Made by a program: the position numbers and the translations under genes
Origin: a virus
Strand: one strand, 5' to 3'
Virus record (IMG/VR): IMGVR_UViG_3300025133_000044
Span: 1-64,000 of that record
Length of the DNA: 64,000 nt
Notes under the pieces: generated by a model
Told to the model about the DNA's origin: nothing
The model's input: the letters and a program-made list of their open reading frames with translations, nothing else
Databases searched by the model: none
Shown: one piece after another, positions 36,159 to 47,600 of the stretch
Layout: every line of letters begins with the position of its first letter
Position numbering within the stretch: the first letter of the stretch is position 1

Positions 36159-39080
36159 TTATTTTCCTCTTTTTTTGCCAAACCCTTGCTGTTTCCCTGT
36201 CAAGCGGGTTTCATAATGACCTGAACTTATTTCCATCTCTGTTTCCATGATCGCAAAATATCCACCCAAATTTAACTGATAGGCTAATGATTTAGCATCT
36301 GCGACATCTCCCAGACCAAGAAGACTAGCATTTGCGTAAAAAAGCATACCAGGTGTAAAAAGAGAATTTCCAATTAAAGTTACATCACAATCATATACTT
36401 CTCTCAATTGCGCAAGTTGGTCACCTCCGCCTTCGATCGCATGAAAGCTCCTCATTACGCCGAGGCCTTTTAGAGCGCTTTTTTTAAATTTCATACTTTT
36501 TAGTAAGCCACGATCAGATCCAATGTTGAAGTGGAATAAGCCATCTTTTATATCTTCCTGGGGGCGTCCTGTTCTTTTTGTTATATCTCTTATTGTAGAG
36601 ACTTGAACTAACCAGTAGTCAAAAGAAGTTCTAATCATTGATTCATCAGAAGTAACCTGGCGCGCCTTATCATAGTAATTAACAGTAAACTCATCACTGT
36701 ATATATCAATTTCTGGTTCAAGTGGCAACAGTTCAGTCACTGGAGATGTGGGCCGGCCACAGATGGTTATTTTTGCACCTTTCATTTGTCGTCCTGGAAG
36801 GGACAAACTTATGCTTTCCGTTCGAGTGCCACGAGGTTTAAGTGCTCTTATAAAGTCAGTAGATAAAGCAGGCATCACTAGTTGATTGATAATTTTTGTA
36901 ATGAAAGTACCAATTGGCATTTTAATTTTAGCTTTTCTTACAATTGTTTGAAGAAACCAAGCCTGGAAAAGATCAAAAGAAATTGGGAATTGAGCTAGAT
37001 TAATTCGTTGTAAAGTAGAGCTGCTATCATAATATTCTAAAGGACCTAGTAACAAACGTACTCCATTTAATGGGTAATCTAAAGCAGACTCTTCACCCTC
37101 TATATAGCTTTCTTGTACATAAATATGCGATCCTTGATTAGGCATCGTAGGATTTTTGGTGTCTCTACCCTCAGCAAGAGCAAGAGTCTGTGATGGGAGC
37201 TTTAAAGCTTTTAATCCTGCATTTTTGCAAGCTAACTCAATAATATCTCCTAAAAACAAAAAGTAGTATTTATGAGGACCCTCGGATGGAGATAATACCG
37301 ATACCTTGGCAGGATCTCTTTCAGGTGGCTCATCTGCTTTTTTTCCATCTTTTGATTTTGATTCTTCTTCTACAGCTGCTTTAATAGAGTTGGCAGTCGA
37401 TTGTTTAAGATTTGCCAAAGATTTATCAGACGACATTTTTATTTCACTGCACCGACCGACAGCCAAAGTTTTACTAGCCTCTCCTATAGCGGTGGTACTT
37501 TCCCTTTTTGCTTCTTCTCTTTTTATCTTGCTTTTTTTTGTTGCTTCGTCGCCGGCTGAGTTAATTAATCCCATAGCTTGTTGGACTTTTTCTTTATTAG
37601 CGGAAGCACAAAATAATCGAGTTCCATTCCCGCCCGCAGTTTGAGGGTTTCCATCAATTAACTGAGCCATGAAACCTTCATAAACCTGTTCTCTAAATGC
37701 TGCTCCTTTCTTTTTTAGTGCACTTATTAGTAGGTTAACATTATCAGCCTCTTTAAACCATTCAAATATTTTAGCTAAATCAGGAGTTTTATCTGATGCG
37801 CCGGGAACGTTTTCCGCCTTTATTATGGATACAAATAATTCACTCTCTTTTAGCAATTTTTGTATTAATTTTTTTGCTTCGCAATCAGGTATTTTACATG
37901 CTGGCGAATTCATTCCTCTATGCGCAGATAAAATTTGACTTGAAAGTTTAGCTAACGCACCATAATTATTCTTAATTTCTGCTTTGGGGCTGTACAAGAG
38001 ATTTCCTTCCTTCCCTACAACAAACGTTTCTTGAAAAATGTTAGCGTAACTATTGTTTAAGACTGATTCTATTCGTCCCCAGTAATTGATAGATAAAGTT
38101 ACAGAACCGTCGTCGTCTATATTAAAATCATAATCTCTCAAAGATAATGCTAAAACAATGTTCATTTTTTCCAAGCTTTCAAGTAATTTTACTTGTTTAG
38201 AATTAGAAGGTTCAGAGCCGATATTTTGAATCATATCTTTGGTGGGAGAATGATATCCCAATAAAACTTTAATTTCATAGTGCATGGGATTTATGTGTTC
38301 AGTCTCTCTATCAATTCTAGCGCCTGGATGGATAACCAAATCTACGTATCTCAAACCTCCTTTCTCTGGTGGCGGTTCACCGGGTGGTTGAGCAGTCAAG
38401 TCTTTAAGACTTTTTAATTTTATTTGAAGAGAGCATTCTATATTATGTTCGACTGCACCATGAGAAGTACCTATTTGTCTCACCCTAAACGATTCTAGGC
38501 CAATATTTCTCCACGAGGCTTTCGTTGATTCGCTAGCCAAGTAATCTTCAACAGAAGCAGCATTTTCCCTACCAAAATTATCTGAAAACTTGAACTCCCT
38601 GTAACACGGGGTGTTAAGCGGTATCCTTTGGCCGGTTGCCATAGTTTGGACTTCTGTAAATCCATCTGGAGAAGAGCCCTCCGTGGGTCCTTCTGCGTCG
38701 ATTACAGTTTCTGTGGCGGCTTCAGGGGCCAATTCTTCATAAGTAACACGATATATTTTAATTTTTGGCTGCAACAAAGATAGTGTGGAATTCTTTAATC
38801 CCAAAAAAGGAGATAGGTCTGGCAACCCCCTTAATCTAGTCACAATATCTGGGCTGCTGCCATTAACCTGTCGAAAAGTTCTATAAGCGAAAAGACCTAG
38901 ATGTTCCCTGTAGTAAGAAGAGACTTCATTAATATTTTGACTTAAAATATACTGCTCTACATTACGAAAATTTCTTTCATGTCTTCGAACACGTTTCTCT
39001 TCTTTAAGGCGGCGCTTCTTTTCTTCTGAAACTTCGTCTTTCCCATCTTTGCTAGCTGCATCTTTTTTGGGGTCAGCCAT
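36159..39080 (-). CDS. putative baseplate hub protein
   Basis: Follows the LysM-like gene; C-terminal VTLIGNSLFTPGM...LGGYF.I...YETRL typical of hub proteins. Confidence 0.6.
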   Translation of the reverse strand: MADPKKDAASKDGKDEVSEEKKRRLKEEKRVRRHERNFRNVEQYILSQNINEVSSYYREHLGLFAYRTFRQVNGSSPDIVTRLRGLPDLSPFLGLKNSTLSLLQPKIKIYRVTYEELAPEAATETVIDAEGPTEGSSPDGFTEVQTMATGQRIPLNTPCYREFKFSDNFGRENAASVEDYLASESTKASWRNIGLESFRVRQIGTSHGAVEHNIECSLQIKLKSLKDLTAQPPGEPPPEKGGLRYVDLVIHPGARIDRETEHINPMHYEIKVLLGYHSPTKDMIQNIGSEPSNSKQVKLLESLEKMNIVLALSLRDYDFNIDDDGSVTLSINYWGRIESVLNNSYANIFQETFVVGKEGNLLYSPKAEIKNNYGALAKLSSQILSAHRGMNSPACKIPDCEAKKLIQKLLKESELFVSIIKAENVPGASDKTPDLAKIFEWFKEADNVNLLISALKKKGAAFREQVYEGFMAQLIDGNPQTAGGNGTRLFCASANKEKVQQAMGLINSAGDEATKKSKIKREEAKRESTTAIGEASKTLAVGRCSEIKMSSDKSLANLKQSTANSIKAAVEEESKSKDGKKADEPPERDPAKVSVLSPSEGPHKYYFLFLGDIIELACKNAGLKALKLPSQTLALAEGRDTKNPTMPNQGSHIYVQESYIEGEESALDYPLNGVRLLLGPLEYYDSSSTLQRINLAQFPISFDLFQAWFLQTIVRKAKIKMPIGTFITKIINQLVMPALSTDFIRALKPRGTRTESISLSLPGRQMKGAKITICGRPTSPVTELLPLEPEIDIYSDEFTVNYYDKARQVTSDESMIRTSFDYWLVQVSTIRDITKRTGRPQEDIKDGLFHFNIGSDRGLLKSMKFKKSALKGLGVMRSFHAIEGGGDQLAQLREVYDCDVTLIGNSLFTPGMLFYANASLLGLGDVADAKSLAYQLNLGGYFAIMETEMEISSGHYETRLTGKQQGFGKKRGK

Positions 39081-39092
39081 ATTCTTCTCCGA

Positions 39093-39425
39093 TTAATATC
39101 CCATGTAGTATAACACAGAATCCAAAGGAAGTGGGATATATATTATTTGTCCTGGTCTAACATGAAACTCTGTTGGCTTCTGGTTGTAGAGAGCAATGAC
39201 CCACCATTTTTCTGGATCGTTGTAAAACTCATTAGCCAGTTTAAAGAAACGATCTCCAACGCCCCAAACGTGCTGGGCTCTTTTAAAATTCTTAAGATCT
39301 GCGACAGAAGGATGGCGGAATTGAGGTGTATCATACTGACGTATGAATTTCTTTCCTCTACTCTTTAAATAACGTCTATAGGCAGAGTTATTGTTAATAT
39401 AAATGTTTTGATTAAAATATCTCAT
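39093..39425 (-). CDS. LysM-like baseplate wedge protein (gp53 / tail X-like)
   Basis: H..GDR..KLA..FY.DP..WWVIA.YN...PGQ.IYIP. Confidence 0.85.
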   Translation of the reverse strand: MRYFNQNIYINNNSAYRRYLKSRGKKFIRQYDTPQFRHPSVADLKNFKRAQHVWGVGDRFFKLANEFYNDPEKWWVIALYNQKPTEFHVRPGQIIYIPLPLDSVLYYMGY

Positions 39426-39429
39426 AATA

Positions 39430-40608
39430 TTATCCTTCTCCTCCTAGAGTAAGGTTGCCGACACCGAGCCCCAGGGGACTCGGCTCAAAAAAGCCTTCAG
39501 GTTGGCCACCCTGGCCAGTGAGATCGAAGATGCGGTCTTCTTCAACCGCCTGCTCACGAATCGCTGCTTGGTTTTCTTCCAGGCAACCTTCGAGTTTTCC
39601 ATCGGCGGGGTTGACGTCGCAAAGTCTCTCGGTTGGAGCATCAACGACAGCATCTTCGACGGGGTTGACGTTAACTGCTGCGGCATCTTTATCCTTTGTT
39701 GGATCAGGTAGGTCTTTATCCAATTCTATGCCATATGGAAAAGAGCGCGCAATGTTTGAACCTTCGTTGGACGGTCCGCGCCAGTCTCCAGTATTGTGGT
39801 CCCACCCTAATGAATGTTCATGAATAGCGGTTAAATTAAAACTGAGTTTATATTCTGCTGGAATTACAAAATTAGATGGTCGAGTTGTTCCTTCGCCTAT
39901 CAAAGCGTCATATCGATCTTGGTCGTTAACCCGGCCGGTGGGGGCAACGACCAAGCCCTCCAGATCCCGTAGGGGATCTGGTCCCGCGGGGTCAACACCC
40001 AAATGCTGGTCTACAACAATCGGTATAAAACCAGCTTTCTTATTGTGACTAACTCTTACTCCTGTGATAGTGCATAATAGACCCTCAAAATGATTTGCAG
40101 ACATAATCATATTAGCGTATTTAACTCTGAAAAGAGGTGAGGCGGAAACTGCATTTGTTCCGTGAGAATCCTCCTTGTAAGCAGGGTATAGAGAAGCCAA
40201 GAACCAATTTATATTAGCGAGATTTCTTAATGCCATATTCTTTCCACTAGATGGTACAGTAATAGTTAATGCCAGATTACGCTGTGAAGCTTTCCAAATA
40301 TGATATCTATCGGGACGTCCATAAACATTTACTGAATTAAAGTCTGGACGGAAATTATCTACAAAAGCGTCCAAGAAAGCTATAAATGTAATCCTAGGTG
40401 GATTTTTAATGTGCATTGGTATAATTTCTATTAGAGTTCCTCGGGCGGCGGCGGTGGTGACGACACTATCTTTTTCCTCTCCCGACTTTATTATTTCTGG
40501 AGTGACTTTTGTAAAGCTTTTCTGCATGCCGTTGACATCGTTCTTTGCGATTAAGCTTCTTTCGTACGGGAGAAAGCTTTGTTTTGCCTGAAAAAATTTA
40601 TTTGCCAT
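39430..40608 (-). CDS. putative tail tube initiator / baseplate protein
   Basis: After tape measure; F.AFL..F.D.F..N...YGR.D...R.L.L. Confidence 0.65.
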   Translation of the reverse strand: MANKFFQAKQSFLPYERSLIAKNDVNGMQKSFTKVTPEIIKSGEEKDSVVTTAAARGTLIEIIPMHIKNPPRITFIAFLDAFVDNFRPDFNSVNVYGRPDRYHIWKASQRNLALTITVPSSGKNMALRNLANINWFLASLYPAYKEDSHGTNAVSASPLFRVKYANMIMSANHFEGLLCTITGVRVSHNKKAGFIPIVVDQHLGVDPAGPDPLRDLEGLVVAPTGRVNDQDRYDALIGEGTTRPSNFVIPAEYKLSFNLTAIHEHSLGWDHNTGDWRGPSNEGSNIARSFPYGIELDKDLPDPTKDKDAAAVNVNPVEDAVVDAPTERLCDVNPADGKLEGCLEENQAAIREQAVEEDRIFDLTGQGGQPEGFFEPSPLGLGVGNLTLGGEG

Positions 40609-40610
40609 TA

Positions 40611-42854
40611 TTATCTACCTTTCTGCACCGCTGCTTTAAGTTTACCTTCCATAGTGTGCGGCAGCAGGATCCGGAAAAGTTTCAAGCCGTCGACGTTGAC
40701 AATAAGTTCCTGCTGGCCTGCGCCAGATTGGCCGGTGGCCTGGTCTGCTTCCTCGCGGGGGTGCACCACGATAGTGGGGGCGTTTAAAAGTTGAGTGATC
40801 AGCCCTTTGATCTGATCTACACTCCCGGGATCTGAGATATTTACAGCATTTAACATTACCGCAGCATCCTGGAAAGTTTTGCCGGCAGCTTCGGCAGCGG
40901 CTGTGTCGATATTAACAACCCAATCAAATGGTTTGGAAGCACCTAGGGCCGCGGCGGCAGCTGCAGCGCGCTCCATCCCACCGACAAAAGGAGTAAGTTT
41001 AGTATCCACTTCGGATTGTGAAGGCATACCTGTCCATATAGTTCCAGTTTCATCTGTTATCTCTTTGATCTTGTCCATCGACTCTCTGACTCTTTCTTCA
41101 ATCTTTGTGCCGGCCGTCTCATCGCCGCCGAATATTACACCCCACATGCCAAGTTCTCTTATACTACCCAGGAAGGGTAATTTATCTATTACGTCAGCAG
41201 CCTTAGTTACTTTTTCTATTACTGATTCTATCATAAGTAGACCAGCCGGGCCTGCAATTTTCCTGTCCAGGTTGGCGCCGGCCGGTTCAGCCAGAACGTC
41301 AATAAGGCTTTGAAGGGCTTTGACTGGTTTGACTCCCAACATTTCATTGACTTCTCTAACGATATTAGTATAATCTCTCATTGGACCTGCTAGTTCAGAC
41401 CAGCTTTTCTTCAATAGGTCCGTAGAACTTATTGCTTTTTTAATGCGCTCTTCCATTTCGTCTTGTTTGGTTGCCGCAGTATCCATTCCCTCACCAGCCA
41501 TTTGGAAATCTTCTTGGCTACCAAATAATCTTGCAGCAGATTCAACGTCCATGTCAAGAGCGTTGGCGATGACCAACCTTTGGCGACGATCCATGTCTTC
41601 AAAAGCAACACCCGCATCTGCCACTGCTTCTTTTATCAATTCAAATTTTTCAGCAGGGTCCGCATGGACAAGCTCCATAACAGATAAATGAGTACCACCC
41701 AATATCGCGTTTAGTTTGCCGGCTGCGTTCGCCGCGCCATCGAATGTATCAAATTTTTGTGCAAACTTATCCAAGTTTGCTAAAGATATTCCAGTCGCTT
41801 GAGCTTGAGCTGCCATACCAGCAAAAACGTCAATAGAACGATCACCATACTGAATTAATGTTTTTGCTGAAGTGTTAAAATCGGCTATTGCTTGGTTAAC
41901 ATCAATGCCCAAAGAGACTGCCAAACCATCCAATCTTTTGGTGCTTTCCATGGCCATGGCTGGAGTTTGTTTTAAAGCTCTCATAAACAGATCAATATTT
42001 TTTGTTGAGGCCTCAGTCGTCACGCCATATTTGGCCATACCAGCCACTAAATTAGCAACTCGACTCATTACTTCTCGATCCCCTAAAGAATGCAAACCTG
42101 TGCGGAGGCCAGAAATATGTTTTGTTATGGCCTGCATCGAAAGGCCGAGATCCTTTCCATCCAAGCCAATCTCACGCATAATTCCTCTATATGCCACCAT
42201 TCCTTCGGGGGTCTTAAAAGCTCCCATGGCGGAGACCTGTACTCTCTCAAGCGCTTCAGAATACAAACCAGTGGCAGCGGTATACTTATGAAGGCCAGTG
42301 TCCATTGTTTTCGCGAAGTCATTCATGTTCTCTGTTATTTTGCCAAAAAATTCAGTAACTGGAGTATGGAACCTGGCAATTGCAATTTTTTGATTGCTTA
42401 CATTGTCGGCTATTTTTACACTCGATCTTTTCCAAGCGTCCTCATATTTCTTAAGTTCTTTCATGGCCTCGTCGTCGCCGACGGCCTTGCGCTTGCGGGC
42501 CCAGTCTGCCGTTTCTGCTTCTTTCATGTTTGCAGCTGCAATTTTTTGTTTAGCAGCTGCAAGCTTTAAATTTTCAGCTTTGAGTTTCGCTACCGCGGCG
42601 AGGGCGTCTTTGTACTTCTTTGTTTCCTCGTTGCCGAGGTCAATTATTTCTTGCGCTTTATCAATTAAGCCTTCTCTTTTAGTTATCATGCGTTGATAAC
42701 CGTCAACATTGGCCGTAATCATATCAGCCATGTGTTTCAAGTTCTCTTCTTCGGCGGTGCTTAATTCAGCTGCAGCTTCGCTTTTTGCTTTTCTTAGCTT
42801 TTTATAAAGAGTAATCAGCTTTTCTACATCTTCTGGATTGTCTGGTACCGCCAT
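40611..42854 (-). CDS. tape measure protein
   Basis: Long Ala/Lys-rich helical protein after the chaperone genes; FDTFDGAA..AG.LNA.LG; start at MAVPD with GAGGGG SD. Confidence 0.8.
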   Translation of the reverse strand: MAVPDNPEDVEKLITLYKKLRKAKSEAAAELSTAEEENLKHMADMITANVDGYQRMITKREGLIDKAQEIIDLGNEETKKYKDALAAVAKLKAENLKLAAAKQKIAAANMKEAETADWARKRKAVGDDEAMKELKKYEDAWKRSSVKIADNVSNQKIAIARFHTPVTEFFGKITENMNDFAKTMDTGLHKYTAATGLYSEALERVQVSAMGAFKTPEGMVAYRGIMREIGLDGKDLGLSMQAITKHISGLRTGLHSLGDREVMSRVANLVAGMAKYGVTTEASTKNIDLFMRALKQTPAMAMESTKRLDGLAVSLGIDVNQAIADFNTSAKTLIQYGDRSIDVFAGMAAQAQATGISLANLDKFAQKFDTFDGAANAAGKLNAILGGTHLSVMELVHADPAEKFELIKEAVADAGVAFEDMDRRQRLVIANALDMDVESAARLFGSQEDFQMAGEGMDTAATKQDEMEERIKKAISSTDLLKKSWSELAGPMRDYTNIVREVNEMLGVKPVKALQSLIDVLAEPAGANLDRKIAGPAGLLMIESVIEKVTKAADVIDKLPFLGSIRELGMWGVIFGGDETAGTKIEERVRESMDKIKEITDETGTIWTGMPSQSEVDTKLTPFVGGMERAAAAAAALGASKPFDWVVNIDTAAAEAAGKTFQDAAVMLNAVNISDPGSVDQIKGLITQLLNAPTIVVHPREEADQATGQSGAGQQELIVNVDGLKLFRILLPHTMEGKLKAAVQKGR

Positions 42855-42933
42855 TTCATCCCCCTCACATGGTGCATAGTAAATAGTAGACTTGGGCAAA
42901 ATAAAAAAGCCCAAAAGGATCTTTTATTAACTG

Positions 42934-43098
42934 TTATCCGTTTCGAGCTTCTTCCATGGCTTCTTTCTGTTTTTCAAAATGTTCTGTTAGCTTATTCAGA
43001 AACCACGAACGCAGCCCAACAGGAAGATTATAAGCTTCTATGAAGCTCCAGCCACCATGGAATTTTAGAACAAAAAATTGCTCATAAACTTTTTCCAT
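42934..43098 (-). CDS. small tail/baseplate assembly chaperone (gp51 / gpT-like; not in ORF track)
   Basis: MEKVYEQFFVLKFHGGWSFIEAYNLPVGLRSWFLNKL..., 54 aa. Confidence 0.8.
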   Translation of the reverse strand: MEKVYEQFFVLKFHGGWSFIEAYNLPVGLRSWFLNKLTEHFEKQKEAMEEARNG

Positions 43099-43105
43099 GT
43101 ATTCT

Positions 43106-43960
43106 TCACTCAGGCCAAAAAAACGCCGTGGTAAACGGCACCTCCAGGTCAGCTACAGAATAACATTTTTGGCACACAAACACCCGTTTAAAGTCTATAT
43201 TAGGCACCAATTGTGAATATAATTTTCTCAAGTGTTTTGAATCCATGGCCGGCATGGAATCAACAAAGTTTTTAATTGTATATCTGTCTTCCACTCCATT
43301 GACTGAAGAGATTATTGTAAACAAAAGATCTGTGACATCAGCTTCTTCCACTCTTTCTTTTCTAATCTTTGCCAGCTGTTGTTCATCTTGGCCTGTCATA
43401 AGTTGGACGCCGACCACAACTTTTGATTTGGGAAGTTCAACTTCAAAGTCCCCAGTTTTAGACTGAACCGTGATTTTGTTTTCCTTTAAAAATTCTTTAT
43501 CAAAGCATTTTCCACTATATTCTATTTCATTAAGATCATATTCTTCATCATGTGGAGCGTTACATTCAGGGCAAGTTACTTTTGTACTATAAGAACTGCC
43601 ATAAGCAGACTTGCGTGTGGCAATCATTATCGCATTTCGATCTCCAACAAAAAGATCAGTCGATTTAATTCTTTCATCCAGCACAAGATTGTTAATAAGT
43701 CTTTCCAAGACAACCCCTTTCTTGATAAGGGTCATCGAAGTAAGAATATCTTCCTCCTTCGCGGTCATAAACTTTATTTCAATCGTGTCTTCACCGTGAA
43801 GAGGATGACCTTCTGGATAGAAGGCCCCCTTCGAAGGCAACTCAACAAACTCTGTTGGCACCACAAATGCCAAAGGGGAGCCTTGTTGAGAAGCTCCCGC
43901 TACATCGCTTGGCTGTGGTCCTCCAGGGACCATCCCCAAACGTTTCTCATTATTGCGCAT
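43106..43960 (-). CDS. baseplate hub/tail assembly chaperone (T4 gp26-like)
   Basis: VELPSKG.FY, MTAKEEDIL, GDRNAI..R..YG, CPEC, CQKC, ends FFWP. Confidence 0.85.
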   Translation of the reverse strand: MRNNEKRLGMVPGGPQPSDVAGASQQGSPLAFVVPTEFVELPSKGAFYPEGHPLHGEDTIEIKFMTAKEEDILTSMTLIKKGVVLERLINNLVLDERIKSTDLFVGDRNAIMIATRKSAYGSSYSTKVTCPECNAPHDEEYDLNEIEYSGKCFDKEFLKENKITVQSKTGDFEVELPKSKVVVGVQLMTGQDEQQLAKIRKERVEEADVTDLLFTIISSVNGVEDRYTIKNFVDSMPAMDSKHLRKLYSQLVPNIDFKRVFVCQKCYSVADLEVPFTTAFFWPE

Positions 43961-43982
43961 TTTAACCTCTCGTTAAATTCTA

Positions 43983-44603
43983 TTAAGTGTATTGACCTAG
44001 ACCGTTAGATGAAGTAGAAGTAGCATATTTAGCAAAATCATAAGTCAGACCGACAGTCACTTCGACCAAGCCGGCGTCAGCCGCGTAAGTCATCTCGCCA
44101 GACCAAGCCACGTCTTTAACAAATGCATTTTTCAAGGTCCACTCTTCTCTGATAAAGGGCCCAATAGCGGGTCCAACAATGTTGCCTGGGTCGAGGACAA
44201 TGGGGCCTCCGGCGCCGGCTCTGTGGCCGCCGTCTAATTGTCTTATCACGACATCACCGATTGTGGCCACAGATGCGGTCTTGGTGAGCCCCATTAGAGA
44301 ATTCGTAAAGTTAGTAGGAAGATCGTAACCATTGTTCAAAAGAACATTCCAAAACACACTACCTATATTCGGTTCAAAAGCATCAACAAGCGTTACATTG
44401 ACATCCTGCCATGAAACAATGCCAGGATATTTAAATTCATGATTCATAAATTGATGTTTTGTAGGTGTTGAGGTAAATTTAGGTTTCGAAACACCTTTAG
44501 CCATGAATACTAGATCATTACCAAGATGCTTAAAACTTACAGTCCACCGATGTTTTCTTTTAGGCTCGAATCCGCCTGGTCCTGAATCTGAGTAAAATGG
44601 CAT
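43983..44603 (-). CDS. tail tube protein (gp19-like)
   Basis: EPKRKHRW, KP, YPG...W..V.VTL.D, EEWTL.NAF, L.YDFA; follows sheath. Confidence 0.9.
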   Translation of the reverse strand: MPFYSDSGPGGFEPKRKHRWTVSFKHLGNDLVFMAKGVSKPKFTSTPTKHQFMNHEFKYPGIVSWQDVNVTLVDAFEPNIGSVFWNVLLNNGYDLPTNFTNSLMGLTKTASVATIGDVVIRQLDGGHRAGAGGPIVLDPGNIVGPAIGPFIREEWTLKNAFVKDVAWSGEMTYAADAGLVEVTVGLTYDFAKYATSTSSNGLGQYT

Positions 44604-44628
44604 TATTTTAAGTCTCCCTTATCTCTAA

Positions 44629-44635
44629 TAAATAG
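44629..44635 (-). promoter_or_regulatory. representative copy of the CTATTTA putative late-promoter motif
   Basis: Same heptamer upstream of at least 10 gene starts (see findings). Confidence 0.6.
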
Positions 44636-44657
44636 TGTTTTATTTAAATTTTTATTT

Positions 44658-47600
44658 TTAATCGTCAAATGAAGCGCCGCTTCTGGTAATTATAAAGTCA
44701 AGGGCTATAAATTCAATAGCTCTTGCAGGCTTTAAGAAGATTTTAGCGTATAGAATATTTCTATCAACTAAATCTGGCGTTGTGGTTGTCTCGTCCAGCA
44801 CAACCCTAAAGTCCGTTAAGCCTAATCCAGCTTTGACACCCTCCAAGAAAGGCTCGACCTGACCAGTAAACTTATCCCACGTGGCTACAACATTCTGGTC
44901 GAAAAGAATTCTAGAAGCGATTTGTGAAATTTCTTTCTTAATGAAGATAAGAAGTCTTCTTACGTTGATTCTGTCCAAGGCGGAAGGAGTTACCTGCAGG
45001 GTTTTCTGGCCAAAGATAACGATTCCTTCAGCTGGGAAACTAGCGATTGGGTTAACATTTGCATCGTAAAGTTTATCGCGGAGAGCAGAGGTGAGACGTT
45101 CTCTTACCCCAATTACCGGTAAACCTGCCGAACCTTCGCTTAAGCCGCCGCGAGTAAAGCCAGCTGGTGCGAACCAAACTGCTGATTTTCTCTGTGAGCT
45201 TGAAAAAGTACCAAGAGCGACAACAGAAGGCGGAACATATAATATAGCGTCATTGACGTTATCTTTAATACGCACCCACGGGTAGAAAGCACAGCCATAA
45301 CTCGAATTGAGGGACAGATCTTTTGCTTTATTAACGATATCAGAGACAGTACCCATTCGAGCGGCCTCGTCATCATCATTTTCGTGTCTTGGCTTATAAC
45401 CGCCTTCGACATCGATAATAGCCAAAGCATCAGCACGATCCTCACAAGCGTTAACTAACATAGTATTTAATTTAGAGTTTGTGAGGCCCGGTATAGTAGC
45501 AACATCGAATTCTGCAAATTCGCTATCCGATAAGATATCAATTGCTTTTTTGACCGAGTAATATGCATAATTAGTATTTTCGGAGCCGTTGTCTATATAT
45601 TCATTACGGAAAGGATCGGCTTCTGTTATATCCAATCCATCAAAGCCACCGAACATGGGAGAAGTAAACCTATTCCAATCTCTTTCCAACACTTCTGCAG
45701 AAGAGGTGACCGATGGAGTGCCTGTCTCGCCAGCAGTTATAGAACGGCCGCTAGCTCTGGAGCCACTTACCCATATCGCCTTTGAAGTATCAAACCCGCC
45801 GCTGCCGCTAACTGATTCTACATCATCTAGGGTAAATACCCAAGAATATTTTGTTTCGTTAGCCAAACTACCTGCTAGCACGCCTGCAGGTTGACCTCTT
45901 AGAAGATCAAGGTTGGTTTTATCAAATATTCTAGTGTCTGCTAAAGTTGACTGGTAGCCGAAGTAAGCACGAGTTGCCATAACCATATTGCCCTCAGAAG
46001 CAGAAACTCTAAGTCTTGTAGAGGGCCACTGTAGAGAGGCGGTGAGACCACTAGCATTTGACGGAGTCGTAAGATGGTTGCTTTCTACTGCGGCGCCGGG
46101 GCCAACGCTGATCAGGCCGGCAGCTGCATGGCCAGTAACCAAAGAATCAGCAGGAAGTGATCCAGTACTGGCAATCCATGGATCAATATCGACACCAGCA
46201 TTATCAGTTATATTAGAAACTAGTGAACCGCTTAAAAGCTGAAGTTCTCTTGGGATAACAGGTCCATAGACACCATAAGGCAATAGACCTTCGGCTCCTG
46301 CGTCGTCGACAATACGTTTGGTTTCCACTCGAACATACTTAGATCTGTTGGGATATTCTCCATGCTCAGTAATAGTTTTGGTAGTTTGATTATAAGCGTA
46401 ACTTCTATCACCCACAACTTTCTTTATGTAATCAGCAGAATTTGGATTTAAGTTAAGTCCGCTAAAACGCTCAAGAATAACAGGATTGTTATCTGAATCT
46501 CCAGCTGCTCTAACAGCTAAAGTAAAAGTACCAAACTTATTAAAGTTATCAGTTGGCGCTTTGATATCCTGAAGGGAGATCTTAATATCTCTATTTATGT
46601 GCTCTCCGCTATCGTGAGCTACAAATCTAAACAACTCTTCTGTGTCGACGGTGGGATTAAAGCTAGCTGTAGTAAGACCTCTGGTATCTTGAGAAATATA
46701 CCAACCAGTTCTAGCTGCGACGGCTTTTTGTAAACGGTCTGCCCAATCGACATCCCAGCCATTGCCCTGGAGACCTACAACCGCACCCCAGAACTGGCCT
46801 GTCGAAGTGACTGCTGCTCCGGTGACAGCCATATCATTTAAAACATTAGTTTCAAAAGTTTCACCAAGCCAATAAACTTGTTCAGAGTCAGCTGGAGTTA
46901 TCTGAGTATTTGTTTTGGTTGGGTCCGTATTAAAAAGTTTTCTAATGTACAAATCACTGTCTTTATCAAAATTGAATGTCGCAGCTTTTACAGTTGAGCC
47001 AGATGCATCTTTTACTTTTGCTGTAAACTGTTGATTTGTTGATCTAATTAGTACGCCACAACCTTCTGTTGCTCTTCCATTGGGAGCTGTGCCAGTTATT
47101 TCAACGGTTGAACCCCCATCCTGTACATACCATATAGCAGCTAAAGTTCCCGTAACAGCAGGGCATGTGCCGCCGCCGGCCCATGCCGTCGCCCCGCCGC
47201 CGCTGTTGGCGAGGATCACATTGTCGGTCACCGCGGATCCTTCTGTGGCCGTTATACTATTCCCGACCGTACCATTCACACTTGAAACTAAGCGTACGCC
47301 TGCGGTCGTCACCGGATCAGCCACGGCCTGGACCTTTAAAGTGCCCGCTGTATATGCAGCGTTGACCGCGTCTATGATGTTTGTCGCGAATTGAGCTGCG
47401 TTGCTATTAGCGTTCCCAAAAGCTATAACAGTCGCTGTCGAGGTCGACGTGGTATTATCTATATCAAACTCTACAGACTGACTGTCAGCATCATATATCT
47501 TAAGTTTTCTTGTGTTTGCGGCGCCGGCGGTGCAGGACGTGGCTACAACTATACTATGAGCCCCATTTCCAGAATTAGTAGCTGTATATTGATCTCCGTC

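Noticed and set aside
42855-42914. Longer start for the tape measure gene
   Set aside because: Region contains the late-type motif and the SD for the ATG at 42854.
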